DNA from: Trichlorobacter lovleyi SZ
GTDB taxonomy: Bacteria; Desulfobacterota; Desulfuromonadia; Geobacterales; Pseudopelobacteraceae
DNA: 32,000 nucleotides
NCBI RefSeq assembly: GCF_000020385.1
Contig: NC_010814.1
Location: forward strand, 2,220,001 to 2,252,000
Direction of reading: 5' to 3'
Of this stretch, positions 24,627-32,000 are shown one piece after another. Positions within the stretch are counted from its first letter, which is position 1. Each line of letters begins with the position of its first letter. The notes beneath the pieces are model-generated. The model had not been told where the DNA came from. It did not search any database and saw only the letters and a list, made by a program, of their open reading frames with translations. The translations under genes were made by a program, and so were the position numbers.

Positions 24627-25265
24627 TTATCTCATGTATGACAGAACCCTGCTGACATAGGTTCGGGTCTCTTCGTAGGGTGGAATACCGCCGTATTTGG
24701 CAACTTTGGAAAGTCCTGCATTGTAGGCGGCAAGGGCCAGTGAAACATCACCTTTAAAGGTATCAAGCAAGAATTTCAGGTACCGAACACCGCCGTCAAC
24801 ATTCTGGTGAGGATCAAAGCGGTCAGCAACCTTCAGGTGTTTTGCGGTACCGGGCATCAACTGCATCAAGCCACCGGCACCGGCCCGGGAAACCGCCTGG
24901 GGGTTGTACCCTGATTCGGCCTGAATAACCGCCCTGATCAGCGAGGCACTGACACCGTACTTGGCTGAAGCAGATGCAATCAGGTGCTCAAATTCCTGCG
25001 GATTACCGTAGGCGATGCGAAAACGGGTCCGCAATTGACGATCCTTGCGCAGATCGCGCATGAAAATCTTGAATTTTTTGTCAGTCGGTGCATCGGTAAA
25101 ATGCACCACCCCTTCTTCATCTTCATAGCGATAAATGTCTGCACAGGAAGGGGCAGGGAAGAGTGTGACAGACAGAAACAACAGGCCCAGCAGAGACAAA
25201 ATGCAGGGACAGCACATATCTCTGTCACAGATATGGTCGACAAGTCGGCTCATGTTAGTTAACAT
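24627..25265 (-). CDS. Lytic murein transglycosylase (SLT domain) with N-terminal DUF4124-like segment
   Basis: The SLT catalytic region is AVIQAESGYNPQAVSRAGAGGLMQLMP...ALAAYNAGLSKV, and IYRYEDEEGVVHFTD is a DUF4124-like motif. The start was trimmed to ATG 25265 (or 25253), because the track start at 25430 would overlap the divergent purM start. Confidence 0.8.
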   Translation of the reverse strand: MLTNMSRLVDHICDRDMCCPCILSLLGLLFLSVTLFPAPSCADIYRYEDEEGVVHFTDAPTDKKFKIFMRDLRKDRQLRTRFRIAYGNPQEFEHLIASASAKYGVSASLIRAVIQAESGYNPQAVSRAGAGGLMQLMPGTAKHLKVADRFDPHQNVDGGVRYLKFLLDTFKGDVSLALAAYNAGLSKVAKYGGIPPYEETRTYVSRVLSYMR

Positions 25266-25422
25266 AACGGCAAAAGTGCCCGATTTGTCAAGTTTAAAGT
25301 ACCCGCATGCCGGATTAAAATGTACAGTTGATTGACTTTTCTCCCCCGATTGGCTAGAAGAAATATCTTCACCAATCAGTCTGCTGAAGATGACTTTTTT
25401 GCCTGATAAGGAGCAGTAACCC

Positions 25423-26472
25423 GTGAGCAAACCTCGTGCAACCTACAAAGAAGCCGGTGTCGATATTGAGGCTGGCAACAGCTTTGTCCAGAAAATCAAG
25501 CCACTGGTCAAATCCACCTTCCGTCCGGAAGTGATGACCGAAATCGGTGGCTTTGGCGGGCTCTTTTCGCTGAATGCAGCCAAGTATAAAAACCCGGTCC
25601 TGGTATCAGGTACCGATGGTGTCGGTACCAAGCTGAAACTGGCTTTTCTGGCGGACCGCCACGACACGGTCGGTATTGATCTGGTGGCAATGTGCGTCAA
25701 TGACATTGTGGTCCAGGGGGCTGAGCCGCTCTTCTTCCTGGATTACCTGGCCACCGGCAAGCTTGACCCGGACAAGGCGGCCCAGATTGTGGCAGGCATT
25801 GCCGAGGGATGCCGTCAGGCCGGATGCGCACTGATCGGGGGAGAAACCGCTGAAATGCCGGGCTTTTATGCGGACGGAGAATATGACATTGCCGGCTTCA
25901 CAGTCGGCGTGGTTGAAAAAGACCAGATTATTGACGGCTCTTCCATCACCGTCGGCAACAAGCTGATCGGTATCGGCTCAAGCGGTCTGCACAGCAATGG
26001 CTACTCCCTGGCGCGTCGTATCATCTTTGACCGGATGGGACTTGCTATCAACAGCCCGCTACCGGACAGCACTAAAACCGTAGACGAAGAACTGCTGACA
26101 CCTACCCGGATTTATGTCCGCTCCGTCATGAACCTGCTCAAGGATTTCAGGATTAACGGGATTGCCCATATCACTGGTGGCGGGCTGCTTGAGAACGTCC
26201 CTCGCATACTTCCCAAGGGCTGTTCTGCCAGCTTCAAGCTCGGTTCATGGGATATGCCGTCCATTTTCACCACCCTTCAGGAAGCTGGGAATGTCGAGCA
26301 AAACGAGATGTACCGCACTTTCAACATGGGTATCGGCATGGTACTGGCGGTAGCGGCAGCCGATGTGGATGATATTCTCTCACGCCTGAACGGACTGGGT
26401 GAGCAGGCCTGGCTGATCGGCGAGGTAAAGAGCATGAGCAAAAACCAGACTGAACAGGTGGTGCTGGTCTGA
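25423..26472 (+). CDS. purM: Phosphoribosylformylglycinamidine cyclo-ligase (AIR synthetase)
   Basis: The protein begins [12 protein letters not shown]...GGFGGLF...[13 protein letters not shown]...[10 protein letters not shown], the classical PurM N-terminus. An AAGGAG SD lies 10 nt upstream of the GTG. Confidence 0.93.
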   Translation: MSKPRATYKEAGVDIEAGNSFVQKIKPLVKSTFRPEVMTEIGGFGGLFSLNAAKYKNPVLVSGTDGVGTKLKLAFLADRHDTVGIDLVAMCVNDIVVQGAEPLFFLDYLATGKLDPDKAAQIVAGIAEGCRQAGCALIGGETAEMPGFYADGEYDIAGFTVGVVEKDQIIDGSSITVGNKLIGIGSSGLHSNGYSLARRIIFDRMGLAINSPLPDSTKTVDEELLTPTRIYVRSVMNLLKDFRINGIAHITGGGLLENVPRILPKGCSASFKLGSWDMPSIFTTLQEAGNVEQNEMYRTFNMGIGMVLAVAAADVDDILSRLNGLGEQAWLIGEVKSMSKNQTEQVVLV

Positions 26473-27092
26473 TGGGCACAGCACCGATCAAGCTGGCGGT
26501 ACTGGTGTCCGGCAACGGCTCCAACTTTCAAGCTATTATCGATGCCATAGAGGCCGGCCGGATTCCCAACACCCGTGTTGCCTGCCTGATCAGTAACAAG
26601 AGTGAGGCCTTTGCTCTGGAACGGGCCAGGAAACACAACGTCAAGACTATCGTGCTTGACCACAAAGCCTATCCGAATCGGCAAGCCTATGACACCGCCC
26701 TGGTTGAACTACTGCGTCAGCACGAAGTAGACCTGGTAATTCTGGCTGGATTTATGCGGTTACTGTCACCAATCATGATCGACGCCTTCCCGAACGCCAT
26801 CATGAATATTCATCCGGCATTGCTGCCAGCCTTTCCGGGTCTTGATGCCCAGCAGCAAGCCTTTGACTACGGGGTACGTTACACCGGTTGTACCGTACAT
26901 TTTGTTGACAAGGGGACCGATACCGGCCCGATCATCCTGCAATCCGTTGTCCCGGTGCTTGGCAGTGACACCATCGAGAGCCTGACCCAGCGCATACATG
27001 GAGAAGAGCATCGCACCTATGTGGAGGCCGTACGCCTTTTCTGTGCAGGACGCTTGAAGGTCGAAGGCCGCAAGGTCATAATCAACGAATAA
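26472..27092 (+). CDS. purN: Phosphoribosylglycinamide formyltransferase
   Basis: The protein contains LAVLVSGNGSNFQAIIDA, DLVILAGFMRLL, NIHPALLPAFPG and GCTVHFV. Its ATG overlaps the purM stop by 1 nt. Confidence 0.92.
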   Translation: MGTAPIKLAVLVSGNGSNFQAIIDAIEAGRIPNTRVACLISNKSEAFALERARKHNVKTIVLDHKAYPNRQAYDTALVELLRQHEVDLVILAGFMRLLSPIMIDAFPNAIMNIHPALLPAFPGLDAQQQAFDYGVRYTGCTVHFVDKGTDTGPIILQSVVPVLGSDTIESLTQRIHGEEHRTYVEAVRLFCAGRLKVEGRKVIINE

Positions 27093-27105
27093 AAGTACTT
27101 TCTCC

Positions 27106-27134
27106 TTGACAGCCTCAAGGCAGCATGCTAAAAA
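27106..27134 (+). promoter_or_regulatory. Sigma70-type promoter for rpsT
   Basis: TTGACA (27106-27111) is followed by 17 nt and then TAAAAA (27129-27134). This lies about 60 nt upstream of the rpsT GTG, which is preceded by a GGAGG SD at 27184-27188. Confidence 0.45.
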
Positions 27135-27194
27135 TTTCGCTTCAATTAGATTACAATCAGCATATGACTGCTGTACAACATTCGGAGGTAGCAC

Positions 27195-27458
27195 GTGGCT
27201 CATCACAAATCGGCAATCAAGCGTATCAAGCAGAACGAAAAGCGCAATGCCCGTAACCGTCATCAAAAATCAACGCTCAAGACCTATATCAAGCGGGTTC
27301 GTGAAGCGGTTGAAAGCAAAGATAAAGAGGCTGCAGTAGCTGCCCTGCAGGTTGCAATTCCGGTTATTGACAAGACTGCCACCAAAGGGGTCATCCACAA
27401 GGCCAATGCCTCACGCAGCGTATCCCGTCTGACCAAACTGGTTAATACACTGGGCTAA
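27195..27458 (+). CDS. rpsT: 30S ribosomal protein S20
   Basis: The sequence [26 protein letters not shown]...KGVIHKNAASR-like is the canonical S20 sequence (87 aa). Confidence 0.93.
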   Translation: MAHHKSAIKRIKQNEKRNARNRHQKSTLKTYIKRVREAVESKDKEAAVAALQVAIPVIDKTATKGVIHKANASRSVSRLTKLVNTLG

Positions 27459-27493
27459 ACCTCCGCAACAGACCAGCCCGGCACCATTCAGAT

Positions 27494-27527
27494 AAAACCC
27501 TACCTAGTTTCCAGGTAGGGTTTTTTT
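27494..27527 (+). terminator. Rho-independent terminator after rpsT
   Basis: The sequence is AAAACCCTACCT-AGTTTCC-AGGTAGGGTTTTTTT, with an 8-bp GC-containing stem (27498-27505 / 27513-27520) and a T7 tract. Confidence 0.8.
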
Positions 27528-27628
27528 GTTCTCTCCAGCTATCCCGCTTGCAATCCGCCCCCCCATGGCATAATTTATGTCAATTAAATTAGGTTCCCAA
27601 CTAAAATTCGCACAAAAGGCTTGGTTTT

Positions 27629-30136
27629 ATGCGACTACTTCCGGCAAAGCTTGTACTGATTTCCCTTGTAACGGCATCTATCGGTCTGTTTCAGCAGGCC
27701 AGCGATGCAGCCGCCACAGCCCAACTCATGGTCACGGTCAACGGCCAAGGTGCTGTCAGCGGCACTCCAGCCACCATTGCATGCTCGACCGGTTCCTGCA
27801 GCTACTCCTTCGCAACCGGAACCTCAATCACCCTGGTTGCGGTCCCTGCTGCCGGTTCTTCGTTTGCCGGATGGCTGGGAGGTTCATGCACAGGGGCAAA
27901 CAGCTGTTCCTTGACGCTCACAGGTGATACCACCATGAGTGCAACTTTTGTTGAAGGACCGGCAAAGGTACGGATTCAAGGAACACCATCGCGTTATTAT
28001 CCAACACTTCAGACGGCGCTTGACCATGCCGCTAACGGCGAGGTTCTACGCGCTGCAGGCGGCGTGTTCCACGAGGATATCCTGCTGACAAACCCGGCAC
28101 TGCTTAACTTGCAGGGCGGGTATAACAGCAGTTTTGAAAACCGGGACAGTGTCTCACTGCTGGATGGCACCCTGACCATTGCCGGCGGCAGTCTTACGGT
28201 GAGCGGTTTGACCATTGCATCCGGCATATCCGCAACCCAGCCAATGGCCAATGCCGGCTCCGACCGTTTAAGTTTCCCCAGCTGGCCGGTCCAGCTGGAT
28301 GGCACCGGCAGCAGGGATGCAGGCAGCAATCCGCTCTCCTACAGCTGGGATCTGGCAGTCAAGCCGCAAGGCAGTTCAGCAGTCCTCTCCGGAGCAACCA
28401 CGGCAAACCCAGCCTTTACACCTGACCTCCCTGGCCTTTACGTGGCCCGGCTGATTGTCAACAACGGCCAACTGGACAGCACGGCAGACACGGCAACAGT
28501 CACGGTGCAACAGGTTACTGCGCCCTACTCCGCCAGCTCCCTCTTCAGCCAGCCGGAAGCAGCAGCAGTAACGGACTCGCCAAATACATTCTATACAGCT
28601 GAGCAGCAGGCAGCTGTGCTGCAAGCTGCCATAAAGACCTTTAATACTGCTTATACTGGCGGTGTCTACACCTTTGATCTGGTCAATCAGGATACCGACC
28701 CCAATGACACCTGGGAACCTGAAGTCAGCGCCCATTTCCTGGCCGATGACTACCCTGATGACGGCGTAACAGCCAATGCCACACTGCGGCTGCGCGGCAA
28801 CAGTTCACGCCTTGCCGTCCAGAAATCATACCGGGTAAAACTCTCAAAAGATGCCAGCAGCGTCCAGCGCTACTGGCGTAATGAGACGACCCTGCAACTC
28901 AACAAACATCCCTGGGATTTGGCCAGGGTCCGCAACAAGCTTGCCTTTGACCTGTTCCGTGACATTCCGCATCTTCCCAGCCTGCGGACCCAGTTCATGC
29001 AGATCACTATCGATGACGAAAACAACAGCAACGATGGCGATTACGGGCTTTTTACCCATGTGGAAAAGGTGGGTAAGGAATATCTCTCAAACCGGGGACT
29101 GGCAACGGACGGCAACATCTACAAGGCCAACAATTTTACATTTCGCATGGAGGATGGTCTGACGCTCGGCAGCGATGGCAAAAAACCGTTAGACAAGGCT
29201 GCCTTCGAGCTGATTCTGGAGATTGAAAACGTGAATACCGATCACCGGCCGCTTATTGCCATGATCAACGCCGTCAATAACGACAGCAGCAGCATCAATG
29301 ACACGATCGCAACCTATTTTGACCGTAACAACTATATCACCTGGCTGGCAACCAATATCCTGGCCGGCAACCGTGACACCATCACCCAGAATTTTGAACT
29401 ATACCAACCGGCTGCAGGGAGCAGATTCTATTTCATACCCTGGGATTATGACGGTGCATTCGGCTTTGAAAACCAGCCGGATATTCAGGCTGCTGGCAAT
29501 CTGTATGCCCCCTGGCAGATGGGGATCGGCAACTGGTGGGGAGTCCCGCTTCATAACCGTTTTCTCATGGATGCCACCAACAGGGCTGATCTTACCCGGA
29601 CCGTGCTGGATATCTACAGCACCTACCTGACGCCGGAAAGAATCAAGGCGTTACTGGACAGCTACAGGCCGCTGGTTCAACCGCTTATCACCAGGAGCCC
29701 TGATCTTGATCATCTGCCCACCGTTGCAGGGGCAGATTCAGAGGAACAGTGGGCACATGAGTATGCCCGCCTTGTGACGGTGACAAAAATCAACCTTGAT
29801 CGTTATCTGGCGTCATTGAATCAGCCAATGCCGTTTTGGCAGAGTGCAACCGTGGAGGGATCAACTCTGGTGCTGGCCTGGGATCCTGCCGTGGATTTAC
29901 AAGGCGGGGCTGTCACCTATGACATTCAGATTGCAAGTGACCCTGCGTTCAGTACCGTTATCCATAGCACCTCAACCTATTCGGACACCAGTCTGACCAT
30001 GGCCAAACCAGCTGCCGGAACCTACTATCTGCGGGTGATTGCCAGAAATGCGGCAGGGCTGACGACCACCGGGTTTGATCGCCATGATACTGAAGGAACA
30101 ACCTATTGGGGGGTTTTACAGTTCACGGTATCCTGA
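27629..30136 (+). CDS. Secreted multidomain CotH-family (atypical kinase fold) protein with InlB-B-repeat-like, PKD-like and FN3-like domains
   Basis: It has a signal peptide (MRLLPAKLVLISLVTASIGLFQQASDAAA). A Cys-containing 'bacterial repeat' follows (VTVNGQGAVSGTPATIACSTGSCSYSF...FAGWLGGSCTG), then a PKD-like segment (ANAGSD...LDGTGSRD...LSYSWDL). The CotH core is LRLRGNSSRLAVQKSYRVKL...LQLNKHPWDLARVRNKLAFDLF...FYFIPWDYDGAFG, and the C-terminus is an FN3-like beta domain. Confidence 0.8.
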   Translation: MRLLPAKLVLISLVTASIGLFQQASDAAATAQLMVTVNGQGAVSGTPATIACSTGSCSYSFATGTSITLVAVPAAGSSFAGWLGGSCTGANSCSLTLTGDTTMSATFVEGPAKVRIQGTPSRYYPTLQTALDHAANGEVLRAAGGVFHEDILLTNPALLNLQGGYNSSFENRDSVSLLDGTLTIAGGSLTVSGLTIASGISATQPMANAGSDRLSFPSWPVQLDGTGSRDAGSNPLSYSWDLAVKPQGSSAVLSGATTANPAFTPDLPGLYVARLIVNNGQLDSTADTATVTVQQVTAPYSASSLFSQPEAAAVTDSPNTFYTAEQQAAVLQAAIKTFNTAYTGGVYTFDLVNQDTDPNDTWEPEVSAHFLADDYPDDGVTANATLRLRGNSSRLAVQKSYRVKLSKDASSVQRYWRNETTLQLNKHPWDLARVRNKLAFDLFRDIPHLPSLRTQFMQITIDDENNSNDGDYGLFTHVEKVGKEYLSNRGLATDGNIYKANNFTFRMEDGLTLGSDGKKPLDKAAFELILEIENVNTDHRPLIAMINAVNNDSSSINDTIATYFDRNNYITWLATNILAGNRDTITQNFELYQPAAGSRFYFIPWDYDGAFGFENQPDIQAAGNLYAPWQMGIGNWWGVPLHNRFLMDATNRADLTRTVLDIYSTYLTPERIKALLDSYRPLVQPLITRSPDLDHLPTVAGADSEEQWAHEYARLVTVTKINLDRYLASLNQPMPFWQSATVEGSTLVLAWDPAVDLQGGAVTYDIQIASDPAFSTVIHSTSTYSDTSLTMAKPAAGTYYLRVIARNAAGLTTTGFDRHDTEGTTYWGVLQFTVS

Positions 30137-30153
30137 GAATATGAAAGTATGGC

Positions 30154-31164
30154 TCAACGAGCCATACCGGCCACTGTCCCGGCACAGGCGTCATAGACCA
30201 GTCCTTGCAGAACCGTTGCTGCTGAGGAGCCGGTCTTGACCCCGACATCCCCCCGGTACAACCGCTCAAACAGGGCCTCCAGCTCAGTCACCGGATATTT
30301 TTTAGCCTGGGTGACCTGTTCACCCAGAAAAAACTGGTGGATCTTGAGTTGCTTGCCGATATCAGCAGGGGGCATCTTCTGATCCAGCAGTTCCCGGATC
30401 CGCCAGATCCTGCGAAAATGACTGGCCAGAGCCCCCAGGATCATGACCGCCTCTTCACCATTTTGCAACATGGCTTGCAAGGTAGCCAATGCCTTTGCCA
30501 GATTCTTTTCCCCCATGAATCTGGCCAGCTCAAAGGCGGTAAATGACTTGCTTTGGCTGACGATTGCCTTGACATCCTCAACCCCGATCACCGGACGACT
30601 ACCAACATACAGGGCAGCCTTCTCAATCTGTGAAACCAGCTCCTGTAGATTGTTACCCACCATGAAGCCCAGCATCTCGGCTCCTGCCCCATCTATCTTC
30701 TTGCCATGCACCGCAGCCTCAGCATTGATAAACGGCCCCAGTTTATTGTCATACAGCTTCTTAAATTCCAGCGTACCGGGCTGTTTCTTGAGCTCGGAAA
30801 AAAATTTGCGGCGCAGATCAGGTTTGGCAGCCAGGAACAGCAGGCAGGTTTCCGGACAGGGATTGGCCAGATAGGGCAGCAGCCCCTCCTGGGTTGCTGC
30901 CGGCAGCTTGTCAGCCTGCCTGACCACCACCACCCGGCGTTCTGCAAACATCGGTAATGTCTGGGAGGTATCAAGGATCTCGGTCCCTTTGCAATCCGCA
31001 CCGTAATAGATGTTCAGGTTAAAATCTTTCATGGCAGGATCAACCGCCTTCTCCATGACACGACGACCAGCCCGCTCAACCAGAAACGGCTCTTCACCAT
31101 AAAAGAAATAGACCGCTGAAAAGCTGCCGGTCTGAAGTTGTTTTTCAAGTTCCTGTTCAGTCAT
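30154..31164 (-). CDS. holA: DNA polymerase III subunit delta
   Basis: The 336-aa ORF has a typical HolA N-terminus (SAVYFFYGEEPFLVE) and a clamp-loader delta-like helical C-terminal domain. It is convergent with the CotH gene. Confidence 0.85.
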   Translation of the reverse strand: MTEQELEKQLQTGSFSAVYFFYGEEPFLVERAGRRVMEKAVDPAMKDFNLNIYYGADCKGTEILDTSQTLPMFAERRVVVVRQADKLPAATQEGLLPYLANPCPETCLLFLAAKPDLRRKFFSELKKQPGTLEFKKLYDNKLGPFINAEAAVHGKKIDGAGAEMLGFMVGNNLQELVSQIEKAALYVGSRPVIGVEDVKAIVSQSKSFTAFELARFMGEKNLAKALATLQAMLQNGEEAVMILGALASHFRRIWRIRELLDQKMPPADIGKQLKIHQFFLGEQVTQAKKYPVTELEALFERLYRGDVGVKTGSSAATVLQGLVYDACAGTVAGMAR

Positions 31165-32000
31165 CAGGTTACCTGTTTCTGTGTACAGACCTTCACAACC
31201 CTGTCCCGTCCTGCATTTTTCGCTGCATAGAGCGCATTATCAACCTGCTGGATAAATTCATCGATACTGCACCCGGCGCAAAACGCCCCCACCCCGAAAC
31301 TCATGGTCAAATGAATCGGTTGAGTATCCCAGACAATCTCTTTCCCGCGCACTGCAGCAGCAAGTTTTTCAGCCACTATCACAGCCTGCTCAAGCGAGGT
31401 CTCTGGCAACAGAACCATGAATTCTTCACCGCCCCAGCGGGCGCACACATCCTCTGAGCGCAGGTTGTCTTTCAGCTGAGTTCCAATCTGCCGCAGCACC
31501 CGGTCTCCGGCCAGATGGCCAAAGGTATCGTTTACCTGTTTGAAGAGATCCAGGTCACCCAGAATCAGTGAAAAGGTCTTGTTGTGGCGTTCTGAACGTT
31601 TTAGCTCAACCTCAAGCTGGTTCAGCATCTCCATCCGGTTGGCAAGTCCGGTCAGAATATCGGTCCTGACCATCAGCTCAAGACGCATATTCAGATCCTG
31701 CAACTGAAACTGATAGGAATCACTGATAGTGACAATCTTGCTAAAACGCCTCAACAGCTTGGCATAGCGGCTGACAATTTTTTCCAGTTCCGGGGTCAAC
31801 GGATCGCCAACAGTTGAGATCCTTTCCAGCAGCTCTTTCATTTCACGCAGTGGTTCATCTTCCGGCGCTGCGGCTTTCTGACGTTCACTCTGCAGTTGCG
31901 ACAGAACAGCAGCAGGCTGTCCCCGTCCTTCCAGCTTGCTGTAGGTTGTTTTGACACAGTCCGGACAGATGCCGTGACTGAACATGATATCCACATGACT
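31164..32000 (-). CDS. Diguanylate cyclase (GGDEF) with coiled-coil linker and N-terminal Cys-motif region; the 5' end may continue beyond the window
   Basis: It has the GGEEF active site (RWGGEEFMVLL), an I-site RSED 5 residues upstream, and LGDLDLFKQVNDTFGH. The N-terminal SHGICPDC motif occurs right at the window edge, and the reading frame is still open at nt 32000. Its stop shares one nt with the holA ATG. Confidence 0.85.
   Translation of the reverse strand, partial: SHVDIMFSHGICPDCVKTTYSKLEGRGQPAAVLSQLQSERQKAAAPEDEPLREMKELLERISTVGDPLTPELEKIVSRYAKLLRRFSKIVTISDSYQFQLQDLNMRLELMVRTDILTGLANRMEMLNQLEVELKRSERHNKTFSLILGDLDLFKQVNDTFGHLAGDRVLRQIGTQLKDNLRSEDVCARWGGEEFMVLLPETSLEQAVIVAEKLAAAVRGKEIVWDTQPIHLTMSFGVGAFCAGCSIDEFIQQVDNALYAAKNAGRDRVVKVCTQKQVT

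Noticed and set aside
25266-25430. The track ORF gives a long N-terminal extension of the lytic transglycosylase (start at 25430).
   Set aside because: It would overlap the divergent purM start and its SD. The extension lacks signal-peptide character, whereas the segment after M56/M60 begins a plausible hydrophobic leader, so the internal ATG was chosen.

Overview
This is a chromosomal window from a Geobacter/Desulfuromonadales-like deltaproteobacterium. That origin is inferred from a truncated 'geopilin' PilA-N gene followed by a PilA-C-like gene, and from the overall gene content. The flanks are housekeeping genes: pyrB (partial), pyrR, serA and trmL on the left; the SLT-pgsA-kamA-like operon, purM-purN, rpsT and holA on the right. 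In the centre, the split type IV pilin pair (14166-14781, minus strand) sits behind a sigma54-type -24/-12 promoter. A strong intrinsic terminator follows the pilin pair. After it comes a conspicuously low-GC island (6185-14083) of three overlapping genes whose products all carry TPR repeats. These are a TMTC/PMT-like GT-C membrane glycosyltransferase, a 1714-aa protein made of three tandem TPR + GT41 (OGT/SPINDLY-like) modules, and a SAM-methyltransferase-TPR fusion. An ABC-2 exporter with an embedded TPR membrane protein lies next (3566-6099). I regard this pilin-linked 'all-TPR' glycosylation/methylation/export cluster as the best candidate for an undescribed system. Other accessory content includes an orphan family-5 solute-binding lipoprotein coupled to a TPR lipoprotein. 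There is also a partner-switching module with no sigma factor: an SLC5-like/STAC/GAF/PP2C sensor phosphatase, a STAS protein and an RsbW-like kinase. A secreted multidomain CotH-family kinase and a GGDEF cyclase coupled to holA complete the list. I saw no rRNA, tRNA, CRISPR array, transposase or integrase. All functional calls rest on motifs I read in the supplied translations and recalled family knowledge; no database search was run.
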